In this document: positions 52,601 through 64,000 of the stretch, one piece after another | Layout of the letters: every line of letters begins with the position of its first letter | How positions within the stretch are numbered: the stretch's first letter is position 1 | Source: Ramazzottius varieornatus | Taxonomy: Eukaryota > Animalia > Tardigrada | Direction of reading: 5' to 3' | DNA length: 64,000 bases | NCBI GenBank assembly: GCA_001949185.1 | Contig: BDGG01000015.1 | Span: forward strand, 811,036 to 875,035 | Translations under genes and position numbers: made by a program | The notes under the pieces: generated by a model | Seen by the model: only the letters and a program-made list of their open reading frames with translations | Database searches by the model: none | Told to the model about the DNA's origin: nothing

Positions 52601-54230
52601 TCTGGACATTTTGAACCTCTTTCCCTATGAGATTCTGGCTCTGGCGGCTCCGGCCGACATGCGTGCCATGACATGGGGCTACCTTCGTCTGCTGCGCGTA
52701 CCTCCTCGCTACATCCGCATTCACCAGTTCTTCAAGAGCTGGCTGGCCGAACTGGACATCACCGTCCTCTACGTCCGTCTAGCCTTCTCTTTCACCCAAC
52801 TGGCCTTCTGGATGCACTTCTTCACCTGTCTGGCCTACTACATCGCCTGCCCCAACGGAGTATGCGACTACAACTCCTGGATCAAAACGACCGTCTTGGC
52901 ATCAAACCCCGACGTCGACCAGGTTGGTCAACAAGATCGAAAAGAGACCATAAGAGAATGGACAAATACAACATGTTATAAAGCCTCATGAAGAACAAAA
53001 CTAAAATCAAATTTCAGGAGTGTTGAAAAAACTGCTCTCTGAGAACTCGGCAAAGAAACTACACAAAGTCGTGTCTCAAGTGACGCACATTGTTGACTTT
53101 GATGGTTGGAAGCATGCGCCACGTGGGAAAGGCAGTCTAGTCAGTTTTTTGGCATTTCCTAAAGTGACGCACTCTTTCAGTGTAGTTCGCTGGGAGTGTG
53201 CGCCACTTGGGAAATCGCTCCGGTCAAGTTTGCTTACCGAGTTACCCTTCATAATACACTTGAACTTGGATTGTGACTTTTGTCTGTCCTCAGGGTGACG
53301 CGGCCTCCTACGTGATCGCCCTGTACTGGATCACCAACAGCGTGACCAGTACCGGCTACGGCGACATCGTGCCCTCGACCAACCTGGACCGAACCTTCTC
53401 GCTGGTGGTCCAGCTGGTAGGCAAAATGCTCTTCGGCTTCATTATCGGTGACATTTCATCGGCCCTAGCCAACGCTGAAATCAGCCGACAGACCTTCGAA
53501 AGCCAGTTTCAGGCCATCAAGACGTACTTGCTGGACCAGCAAGCCAACCAGCCCATCATTGCCCGAGTACAAAACTACTTCAACTACCTGTGGAGCAAAA
53601 ACCGCGGCATCACCGACATCAACAACGTCCTAAGGGACGCCCCATTCTGTCTTCGGACGGAGATTGGCTACGCAGTCCACAACAAAGACCTTCGCCAGGT
53701 CAGTTCTTTCCAGTGTCCAGCCGCAAGTCAATAAGTACAGCGCCTTGTCGTTGTAGCTGCCCTTGTTTCGGGAAGCCTCTGAAGCCTTCATTAGGATGCT
53801 CAGTGCGCATTTGCACCAAGTTCAATTTGTACCGGGCGATTTCATCATTCAACAAGGTGATTTGGTCCAAGAAATGTACTTTCTCCATCGGGGGGAAGCG
53901 GTGGAAGTGGAGACTGGTGTGGAGACGGGGACCTTACGGAGCGGTAGTAACATCAACTGGCAAGCTGTGCTGATTGACTGGCCAGCTTCGCGAACGGTGC
54001 GCGCCACCGACAACTGCGAGGTCTACGTACTGAAGCGTACAAGTCTCAACGAGGTCTGTTTCAGTTGACGGTAGCAGACGATGCTTCTTCCAGGTTACCT
54101 GGTGGCGCTGTCATTGCTCTCTTCTTTGCAGGTGGTGGCAACCTTCCCCGATGAGATGGAACTTTTATGCACTACGACGCGAACACGTCTCCGGGATCTC
54201 CTCGAAGAAGAACACATTGAGCTTGACTAA
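43606..54230 (+). CDS. CNGK: Four-repeat cyclic-nucleotide-gated K+ channel (CNGK / tetraKCNG)
   Basis: Four tandem 6TM + C-linker + CNBD modules joined by in-phase introns. Pores read TSVGLGE, TTVGYGD, TTTGFGD and TSTGYGD. An upstream exon is possible. Confidence 0.88.
45092..45220. repeat. Fixed-spacer palindrome, 2 units (CNGK intron)
   Basis: Units at 45092 and 45174, both N25. Confidence 0.87.
46943..46989. repeat. Fixed-spacer palindrome, 1 unit (CNGK intron)
   Basis: AAGTGGCGCAC-N25-GTGGGCCGCTT. Confidence 0.87.
48573..48704. repeat. Fixed-spacer palindrome, 2 units (CNGK intron)
   Basis: Units at 48573 and 48658, both N25. Confidence 0.9.
50324..50460 (+). repeat. Cluster of seven GGCGGT direct repeats
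   Basis: GGCGGT at 50324, 50358, 50394, 50415, 50424, 50445 and 50454 in an AT-rich intron. Confidence 0.7.
50515..50634. mobile_element. Mini-MITE in a CNGK intron, containing a (TG)n microsatellite
   Basis: 24-bp inverted repeats CACGATG(TG/GA)TAATTATGGGACAGG; (TG)12 at about 50581-50604. Confidence 0.65.
53078..53208. repeat. Fixed-spacer palindrome, 2 units (CNGK intron)
   Basis: Units at 53078 and 53162, both N25. Confidence 0.9.
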
Positions 54231-55282
54231 GATGCAACATGAACTTTATGTTCTTGGCTTCTTTTCTTTCCTGACTAAGCTTTTTGGGTTTCTTATCATC
54301 GGCTCGCCAAACGGAAATCCGGCACCGCACTTCTGCATAAAGTCTGCTACAAGAATTATGTCTTTTTTTTCTTGATCTTTCCTGAACGGACGTGACGCTT
54401 GGTCACGTGGCGACTTTTGCCAGTTGTTGAGGTACGATAGCAGACTTGTTGAGAATGTTTTGCTGTCGAAGTACTGAAACGTTCGGCTCTTCAAAGTCTC
54501 AAGCTCGATCTCAGCGAAGGCTCGGGTGGTCCAGCTGTTCAAGACAAGAAATCTGTCGTGTGGTCTCTGACATCCAGCGCCAAGTCTCTAACATCCACTT
54601 GACCGGAAGAAACTGGCGATATCCGTGTTCTCACAGATGTGTAAGGCTATGTAAACGAAATCGACGCAACCATGGTAAACTGATGGTTTGATGGTGTGGG
54701 ACTAGTAATATCAACGTCAGTGTCACTTGGAGGAACCCTTTCCGCTACCATGTTGAAAGGAAAGAGCCAGCCTTACAACCACGAGTAACTAGTTGGCTGT
54801 AGGTTCGGACTTCTCAAAGAGATTCACATTCTGCAAAGTCTGATGACCGCAGACCAGACTCGCGATCGAGTGTACTGTGTTGATCCAGTCGCTTGCGCCT
54901 GGTATGATCTGTCCAGGATAGCTGCGTACAAGCGTTATCAATACTCGTATACCGGACGCACTGTTGAAAAAACCTTGCTGTACAACGGCTGATATCCGCC
55001 TGCTCGTTGCCCAAGAGTAAGGTCAGTCCTGACATCTGCAAGACGATACGTCGTCTCGCTTCAAGAAAGCAGGGGGTAAAAAGACAGTCCGACAGAACAA
55101 TCTGACATTTGACAAACGTGATATTCATGCTTGCAAAATGCCCTTCGCCACCTGCAGATGAAAATTCAGTCTAATAAATTACAATACATACGACGGACCA
55201 CAAAGCAAAAAGCTTGACTAAGCTGAGATGAAAGCATCCCACCGGTAAGTCGAAAGTAAAAGGAAAAGCGCCAAAAGCTTGA

Positions 55283-57242
55283 TCACTTTGTCTCTTCAGT
55301 TGGAGACTTTGTGTTTTCCAGGTCGAAGTAGCGCAGACATGCTTCAGCGGTACCAAACAGCAGGACGTAGACGGCAATCTGCAAACCTATCGCACCGATG
55401 CCACGATAGAAGCCCGACACACCGGCGTTCTTCAGAATACTCGAGGCGCACTGTAGGGGACTGCGGAAGGAATAGACAGTCGGGATGGCGTCAACCCCGG
55501 TATCTAGGTTGTCGATGGCTGCGCGGGTTCCCTGCACACACAGCCTAAATACATCAAGCAAGATTAAAGAATACGCAGGACAGTCAAAGGCATTTCAGGA
55601 AAGTGAAACGGAAGCTGAGGAAATGAGTTGACTTGAACCAGATCGTCATCTCAAGTGGCGCACATTGACTACTTCTTGGATGGAAGCGTGCGCCACTTCC
55701 GCAGAACAATCCTGCACAGTTCGTTTATGCAGCTCGAAAGACAGAATGTGGTTAGACAGCACAAACTTACGAACCTATTCAGGACAGTTTCGAACGGGTA
55801 GAGTATAATCTCGGCGACTGTCAGGCCAATTGCTCGCGAGAGGTATCGTCGAACAATGTTGCCGATCGTTCCCTTCGTCGAGGTGGCAATGCTCAGCGCA
55901 TTCGTCGCTGGCAGGTATGCGCTGGTAATCTACGAGCAAGAACCACAATCAAATTCAATTCTGGACGAACTGTAATTCAATTTCAAGTTTACCGCCCCGG
56001 AAATAGTACAAGAAAAAACTTTTCAAAAATTAACTTCCAAACAGCAAACTGTGATAAATTCGTATACGTTTGGACATCCGGATATTACGCAAGTGCATTC
56101 TCAAGCTGGCAGATGAAATGGCGGAAATTGTTTGATGGTAGAAAATGAAAGAGGAGACTCACATCTTTCTTGCGATGATCGGCGACATCGGGGACCTGTC
56201 CCCTGCCAAGTCGTTCCCTTCTGCGCTTGTACCATACGAACAAGCTCCACTGTATGGAGGAGCCGATGAAGAGTTTCATCAGGACGTAGGCGGCGTAGAC
56301 CGGTCCGATGATCCAGACTGGCATGGTGCGACGAAGAGGGTGGCCCAGGCCGGGTGCCTGCCATACCGAGTACCTGCCTGCCACCATCTTGAGGAAGTCC
56401 ATCGCGTTCCACGACTCTTTACCGCGCATCGTCTGTACGGACAACTGCACTGCCACAGCATACATCGGGCCTGTTAGACAAGCCACCATGCCTTTCAGCG
56501 TGTAAAACTTTAGCTTGTGGGTGAATTCTTGGTGATGCAAAGCGTAACTGCGAAAGAGAAGACCCATAAATTAGACGACTGAATTCTTCCACTTTTTGTT
56601 CTCGAGATACCTGGGGAGTATAGTATAGGTTGATACCATTCCTTCGCAGATAAAGGTGGTGAAATCCAGAATCAGGACACCGTGGATTCCTTTGTAGAAG
56701 CTTTCCAGTTTCTGCAATCAAATGCGTTATGCACAAATATTCAAAGATCGTTGATTGACCAAACCAATTGATCGACTTCCGGTTCAGTTGATTGTTGATT
56801 GGTACAAATAAGGCAAACGGGATTACTGAAATCTGCTCCGTTTCAGTTCTTACGTGCTTGTTGGCGAGTTTGTACATAATTGGAAGAAGGGAAAAAGGTT
56901 GGATGTGGGACTTTCGACTCCATGCGTTGACTTGACATTGTCGACGCAGGACGACGAATGGATGAACCAGAATACGATGAATCGCCACACTGAGAAAGAA
57001 ACGTGAAAGAATCAAAATGCTGGTTCAACTAACTGATCCAAGTGAACCTTCAAGACATACTCAACTACTCCACTCGAGACGGTAATCTCAGACGTGTCCT
57101 CGTCGTATAAGTCCGGATCATCCTGAAATACAAAGATGGAGAGTAACGGAATGGAATATTGCCAGCATGAACCGAGAGGCGCATTACTGTAAACTTACGG
57201 GTGACTTACCAGTGATAATCTGTAACTACGAGAAGCAGCCAT
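55283..57242 (-). CDS. SLC25A46: Mitochondrial outer-membrane carrier SLC25A46
   Basis: HPFVVLRRQCQVN, HIQPFSLLP and GVSGFYRGIGAIGLQ motifs; multi-exon. Confidence 0.9.
55653..55698. repeat. Fixed-spacer palindrome, 1 unit (SLC25A46 intron)
   Basis: AAGTGGCGCAC-N24-GTGCGCCACTT. Confidence 0.92.
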
Positions 57243-58392
57243 CCCTCCGCGTGCTCCAAGACCACTGGAGCAGAAGTATTGCAAAAACCGAATGTCATTC
57301 AAAATCAAATCCTTACAGGGACTCCAAGAAAATCGAGAGAGAATAGCAAAGTAGGTAGAATCCTCCTGTCTCCTTGAATGAAAGTTTTTCCCCCTTTAGC
57401 GAGTGTACAGATACAACACTCATGACACGAACAGCTCAAATCTGTACCAATGACGTCAGTGGTATATAAGGTTAAGCTCCATTTCACGAACTTGAGAAAT
57501 GGCCTTTTTTGCTCTCATTCTTCACACGATTATCCGATTGCTCCCATTTTCAAAACTCAAGTAATAAACCATTGAGGAGAAATGTTTCTGCATCAACCGC
57601 TTTTTGGGGAAACACACCTGAAGTCCAGAAACCTCATCTCCCGTAAAAGTGAGAAGTGCTGGGTAAGCCTGTGACGACATGGCTCGATACATGTGCTGAA
57701 GCGCACGTGCTTGTAGACCATACCGTATCGACAACAAAGCAACAGTAAGCACGCTGTCTCGGTAAGAAATCAGCTGATCGATGAAAATCAGCCGACACTC
57801 AACTTTGCACATCGTAGCGCATTTCACCCCAATGGCCTAGCATTTTCAAGTTTCTTTTAAGAGCAAAAAGATGTGTCGTCAATAGGCCCATCTCCGGTCG
57901 GTCTTGCCAAACCGTAGTTTTCGGTTCGCATCCCAAAACACTCATGTGACTCGCCCGACAACTCCATCAAGGAACTATCAGATCTTTCGACTCCAGTGGG
58001 AAAGTCATTTCCCCGCAATGGTTTGTGTGGCGAAAAAGAGTCTGAGAGAAATCAGTTCACTCTGTGGTGAACAAGACCGAAAAGGCCATTTCTCAAGTCC
58101 GTGAAATGGACTTAAGTACAGCCAGCCGGTGTACCGGTACAGCATTCCTGTCGTTTTTGTCGTTCGGTTGTATAGCTATACGAAAAAGTAGTCCCACAGT
58201 CTTTTCTGAAATGGGGGCGCAGAATACAGTGCGCACTGAAAGAAAGCATGCGTGCACTATAGAATCACGTACGTGACGTCAGATGTGCTCTCCACTCAGC
58301 GCGAGACTATGCAGCCGGTATAGTGCGCTACGATTTCGTAACTATATTCGGTTGTAATCGGTCACATAGGTTCATTTCTCGCCTTTCCGATT

Positions 58393-58578
58393 TATGGTGA
58401 GCCGGGTGATTCAAAAGTCCACAGTACTTTTACCACGGGTGCATGCGCCGAGAAACTCCATGCGCGGTGAANNNNNNNNNNNNNNNNNNNNNNNNNNNNN
58501 NNNNNNNNNNNNNNNNNNNNNCGCGCATGCACCCGCGGTAAAAGTACTGTAGACTTCTGAGTCGCGCGGCTCACCATA
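58393..58578. mobile_element. Foldback/MITE with inverted repeats spanning an assembly gap
   Basis: About 56-bp imperfect inverted repeats (TATGGTGAGCCG...CAGTACTTTTACC...GCATGCGC) either side of 50 N (58472-58521); TA at both outer ends. Confidence 0.75.
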
Positions 58579-58754
58579 CCGATTTGTGTCGTACGATACT
58601 TGTACGTACAAGGAAGTCAAGTCGGACTGAAGTCTTCATGTCAGAGTACTAATAAAATTTAGGAATTAAACCACAACAAACGATATCTAAAAATGGCAGC
58701 GCATTATAGATAAATAAATCTATACATTTTAATCATTCGATAAGGTAAAGAATC

Positions 58755-60230
58755 TCAAAAGTAACGCTGCATAAGATAGGTAGACAGGCGTTGTGGAGGT
58801 TCCTGGAAGGTACTATTCCGTGAGCGTTTCTTCACTTGCGTTCGACAGGTTTCCCTTTGTTTCACACCTACGAAGTAGAGACTAATACGCTAGACCGACA
58901 CAAGAGTTCAGAAAGCCAGCGAACTTACTCTTGGAGAGCAAGCCGAAGTACTGGCAGACCGCATGGAAAATCATGCGATAGTAAACGTCAGGCTTTTCCA
59001 CGTCCAACTCCAAGTCATCTTCCGGAGCTACACCGAAGAAGTCCACCAGCTCTTCCTCCATGGGTTGAATAATGTCCTTAAAACCAAAAACAATGAAGTT
59101 ACTAAACAACTCCGTCGAGAAACCGTTAATCACTTACCACCGGCGGCGAACGATGAGCGATCAATCGTCGCAACTGTCCATCGATGCGTTTATAGCACTG
59201 CTCGGGTGACATCTTTCCCGAATCTGTAAAAAAACAAAGCGAAAATATTTAACCTATGAACTGTAGTCGAGGGCGTGGGACTTTGCTCAGCCAGGTCGAA
59301 CATCCTACCGTCGTTAGAGTTGCGCGACGCGCGGTCGAAGTCGTTGGCGAACGCCATCAGGAACCGATGTTGTGATTCTTCTGACATGCGCGTAAACCGT
59401 TCCCAAATCTACACGAATACCTTCGTTTACTCATCATTACAGATCCTCGATGGGCAAGAGAGAAAATTATGGGATCAGCCAGCCGTAAATTTACCTGCAT
59501 CTTGCGAGGATCTTCGAAGAGCTCGGAAAACGCACTCGAGCTCTCTTCGGCAATTTCCTGCGCGAAGCTCTGTTCGGGATTATCCTCTTCGGTTATTCCG
59601 GACAAAAGACCCACATCTACAAGACAAACACATCAGGTTGAGTTAAAAAACACATCACCCAGGAAAACTCCGGGTTCAAATTCCGCCCGCCACAGTGGCG
59701 CATCCAGCAAGTATCCCACTGACAACAGCAACTACAAATTCATCAAGGAAACTAACCAATAATTCTACGGTGCTAAAGAAATGAGCATTCTAGACTGTAT
59801 GCAAGACCGCAGGTACAGTAATGGCGGTACCGAGATACTTGAGATATCAGAAACACTGTACAGCAAGAGTACTCAAGTGTCACCAGTGTCACGCACTGTT
59901 CTGATATCTGCGCCATTTGCGAACACCCATCCGCCCACTGCGGGAAGGACCCGCGTCCAACTTTGCATATTTCGGCTGTCGAGAAGCCTTCCGCGGGCTG
60001 CGCAGCTCGACGACCACGCCCTGGACGGAAGAGAGGTCACTGTGGAGATTCGTGCTGGCGATCGAAGCAGTCTCCGAAGCTTCGCTAAAATCCACCAGCG
60101 GCCTGCAAAACCACGGAACTGAACGAACTTCGTTTCAGCGGAGAAAAAAGGCATACTGAGGTGGGGAGAGAGCATTCCGCTTGAAGAAATCTTCCACCGA
60201 GTCTTGACGGGGCTTCCCAGTAATAACCAT
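58755..60230 (-). CDS. R3HDM4: R3H domain-containing protein 4
   Basis: GVRKWRRYQN, SAFSELF, WERFTRMSEESQ and RMIFHAVCQYFGL (R3H) motifs; C-terminus PPQRLSTYL. Confidence 0.85.
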
Positions 60231-60629
60231 GTTGAGTCAGCTGATGGCAGGATGACAGATGCGTTGATTGGCTTGATTAACCGCGCAAAACTTCAAATTT
60301 AATCTGCAATAAAATCACACAATCAAGCTAACAGCATCTGGAGCTGTCTGTACTCCGTTATGGAAACACCACACTGCCTTCAAAGTTCAAACTCGTGACA
60401 TCCCTAACATGCATACGTAACACTCCTCAAGAAGCCAAGCTTACCTCTTACGGAACGTGGAGAGTAGAGCGCAGTGGGATGGTGAGCTTGGAGTTCTGGT
60501 GGAGAGCGTAGACGCGAAATTCGAGGGAACAGCTGGGAGACAAACTTCGAGCAACAACGGAATTCCGATCTTTCCTCGACAGGTTACGAGAAAACCGGCT
60601 GGTTTAGTAACTTGGTGATGCCGCAAGGA

Positions 60630-63600
60630 ATCCTGACAACAAGTTTAGATGAAGAAAGAGGAGTCAGTGTGGCATTCCTGGACATTAGCAAAGCCTTCGA
60701 CATACAGTTGCTGGAAATTGTCAGATTTTGGCGAATTTAGCGAATGAAGGAGCGCATGCCGAGCGCGGTACTACACTACGACATGCACCTACCTACTGCA
60801 GCCCGACGCGCACCAGCACACATAAATTACGTTATGCGGAGGAGAAACTGCAACCCTCTTTTCTACGCTGACAAGAAACAATCGTGACAAAACAGAACGA
60901 TACACATTAACATAACTTCACGAACTAGCTGACTACAGTTCCGTATTGTTACTTGCGCCGTCAGAAAATCACGAAATATATAATTATTATAGTTTTACAC
61001 AAGTACCCAAGTACACAAGTATCCATCGTGATTTGACTTATCCCTGTAACGCCCTGCTTTGGAAGGATGGTATCTCGCATATTGGTCCATTCTCGGTCTT
61101 CCATCATTCTCACAGCCTGTCTGGGCTCAAAAATTCTAACCCCCATCAGGAACTTAGACTCAGGATGTTCCTTGTAGACTTGATCCACTTTGACTTTCGC
61201 TGCAGTGAGCGCAGCAACAAGCTGGGTCTTGCTTTCGGTGTACCAAAGTTTCTTTGTTCATCCGTTCGTTCTTCCTCCAGTTCGTTGTCCAACAGAAGAC
61301 CCTCGAAAGTACTGGAGATTCTTGCTGTCGCTTCCAGCACATAAGGGGCGAACGGTAGGCTGTTGTTTTCACATTTCGTCAGCTCAGCCTCGAGTCTGTC
61401 ACCGATGTGATCAATAGCGCGCAGCTGAAACAGAAGCTTGTACTTTTCTTCCATGTTACTGAACATCTCCCGCAGGTACTGCAGGCACTTGGCGACTTTA
61501 CCCGACACTTTCAACTGTTCGACAAATGCCTCGATTTCGTCGATGTACTTGACCCAGTATCGTATGCTCCTCAAGTAGGTTGACCAGCGCGTCTTGCAGT
61601 GGAACACCGGGGATGTAAAGTGCAAACCTCGAGCCATGACGAAATCTTTGAACTACTGCTTCCTTGCACCAGAATGACAGAAGAGTTTCTGAACCCGAGC
61701 CAGAAACTTGACCAGCAACGGAAGGTTCTTGATCATCTCGCCATGGACGTTGTTCCAAGAGTGGGCCATACTGACGACGAACTTGGCAATGTCTGAATTT
61801 ATCGCTAGCAAGGATGGGTACACCGGCGGCAGCAAGACTCCTGAACCAGAGACGACGAAGCTTGTTGATGTGGGTCTTGACTGGCATGTTTTCGGGTCTT
61901 TCGTGCAAAACCAGGGCTCGTTTCTGGACGTTGCTCTTATGGAAGGTTGTCTCCACATGCATCCTCATTCTGCTGGTGGAAGCGGTTACTGGCTTGTTGC
62001 AGGCTGGACAGATGACCGACTTTATGTTCCAGTCCTTCTGCTTGGTAATGCCAGACGACGAAGCATGATAGTGTGGCTTGAGGAGGGTGTGCTGGGAAGT
62101 TCGTTTTCCGTGTTTCTTGGTCCTTTGGTGACGCTCAAGATCCGACTCGAATACGGTCTGCTTCGTCCCGAGGGTGATCACGTTCTTGTTGCATGGATGA
62201 CATACAACGTGCTGTTTTTTCGGCGAGAAGTCGAAGTGGCGAAACTCAGGCTGCTGCAGCAGTCGTTCGGGGGACAAAGATGACCGCTTTCTGGTCCGCT
62301 TGGTGGACTTCTGGGTCTACGAAGCACTAAACTTGAAATCAGCTTTAATTTCGCTTATCAGTCCGAGTAAGAATTTCACACCTGATCTTGCACCGGCGGA
62401 ACTGTCTCCGGGCAATTATTCTTCAAATTTGGAGGGAGTCCTATCTGCAACCATGTCACATAATTATACCATACACCGTAAAAACGTTAACGGCTTACAG
62501 GTTCTTGGCATCGATGGTGTATGTTCTGACCACACTGTGAGCACTGGATAACGTGGTTTCCGTTCTCATCAATCTTGACAAGGATTGTCATACGATACTC
62601 CATTTTTTGTAACATAACACGGGTCAAATATATCAGTTGCTCTCTGCTATCCAAACTAACCAAGTAATTTTTGATTCTGGTTTTCCTCTTCCTCTGCGCA
62701 AAAAAATAAGGCAAAGATACCTCTGAAAACAATTTCTTCAGTCAATCGACCAGTCAGTATATCGATCATTCTACAAACAAAGAACGCGTTTTAATCATCT
62801 TATTAGCCTCAAATTATGTTGAGTCATAACGATCAAGAAGTGCTGATTCATATTCCATTAATTTGAATTTTGATTAGCTGGATGTACTTTTTTTCTTGTA
62901 ATTTTTACTTTCTTTTATTTTTTTGCGCAGAGGTTTGCCCCTTTTTTAAGGTACGGCCGGGGCGCACCATGAAAGGAGAGCGGCCGTACCACTTCGGATG
63001 CCCTTGTGGACATTCATCAGCTATACGCCACTTCCGCACATGGATTGCCCTTTCTGCCGCCCGTCCGCGTGCCCATAATTGGACGAAGTCCAGAAAACTA
63101 AGGCATGGCCTGGCAGTCATAATGGCTGACCAGAGCCCCACGCAACTTACGGGGATGCTTCCGTTGATGTGGTGCCTGTGAGACTAAACAACATCAAATT
63201 ATTTTTGCATCTCGTGCCGGCTTTTATAGGCCAGCTGACACCGTCTATGGGGTATTTCCCACTTACCCCATGGCAGCCATCTGGCACGCACGTACAGCCA
63301 GCTGGCTACGAGTGCAGGCTATGTCGTAGCTGCGACCAATCGCTCCGTTATGCTCCGCCCACACTAGTCAACTGAAAATTTCCAGCAACTCTACTTCGAC
63401 AACGTGGGGCACGAACATTTGGAAAAGACCGTCAGTTCCCTCGCCATCCCACGGAATCTTTGCAGGGTGATCGGGGCGATGTACAGCGGGCTGACAGCAA
63501 GGGTAGAAGTCGGAGACTCGGAGGGGAGGTGACTGAGGCGGTGCCGGTTAGGAGGGGCGTTCTCCAGGGGGATCCCCTATCACTCCTGTTCTTTAACTTG

Positions 63601-63686
63601 TCGATTAATTGTCTTCTGGACCAGCTTAATAGTTTTGAGCTGAAGAATGCCTTAGGATTTAACGTCAACAACGTCTTAGCTGTGTC
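60630..63686 (+). pseudogene. Non-LTR retrotransposon reverse transcriptase fragment, split by a hAT insertion
   Basis: VAFLDISKAFD (to 60702) rejoins NVGHEHL (from 63401), then RRGVLQGDPLS after a frameshift. Confidence 0.88.
60703..63393 (-). mobile_element. hAT-superfamily DNA transposon with defective transposase
   Basis: 22-bp TIRs TA(C/G)AGTTGCTGGAAATT(G/T)TCAG with a perfect 8-bp TSD CTTCGACA (60695-60702 and 63394-63401). Broken ORFs 60961-62277 carry two C2H2-type zinc fingers and TRWST. Confidence 0.93.
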
Positions 63687-64000
63687 TAGTGCTGGCAACG
63701 ATACGGTATACCGATATCGTATCGAAATATATCGAATCTTTGCGATAAAATATGCGGCAGATGTCGTATTGAAAATATTGATATGAAGCTAATATCGAGC
63801 AACGCAATAAAATATTCGGCGATCTCGTATCGCGCCATATCGATATATCATCGATATATCATTATTTCGCTGAATGGCAAACTCACCAGTGATATCTCGT
63901 TTACGGAACACCATGGTTGATTTCGAACACTGGATTTTGGCCATGGTGTGCCGAGCACACTCCGCCCATTCGGTTCTGGTACTAATTCTGTCCAGGTTTC
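63687..64000. mobile_element. Left end of a probable second hAT-type element
   Basis: RT similarity stops abruptly at TAGTGCTGGCAACGATAC, followed by dense CGATAT/ATATCG subterminal-type repeats. The other end lies outside the window. Confidence 0.6.

Overview
This is eukaryotic (animal) genomic DNA from a compact, gene-dense genome with many short GT-AG introns. It resembles a tardigrade-type genome, but the window cannot prove that. Spliced genes, in order: symplekin, an MS4A/CD20-like membrane protein, an NMDA receptor GluN1-type subunit, a rhodopsin-family GPCR, mitochondrial IF2, histone H3.3, a divergent CDK7-like kinase, an unknown protein, an MTMR10-like pseudophosphatase, an unknown gene carrying an intronic Tigger/pogo transposon, LEPROT/Vps55, a small two-exon orphan gene, a four-repeat CNGK (tetraKCNG) K+ channel, SLC25A46 and R3HDM4. 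The window ends in a non-LTR RT fragment split by a hAT element with an 8-bp TSD, followed by a probable second hAT-type end. The most striking unexplained signal is a dispersed palindromic element, AAGTGGCGCAC-N25-GTGCGCCACTT, with palindromic flanks. I counted 38 units at 23 loci; 22 loci are intronic and none is exonic. The spacer is 25 bp in 33 units and 24 bp in 5, although spacer sequence is highly diverged. Also notable: the GluN1 has His at its invariant agonist-binding Arg, the CNGK has non-identical selectivity filters with only repeat 1 keeping the cNMP-binding Arg, and the CDK has lost its CMGC activation-segment signature. Gene models were assembled by eye, so some exon boundaries and 5' ends are approximate.
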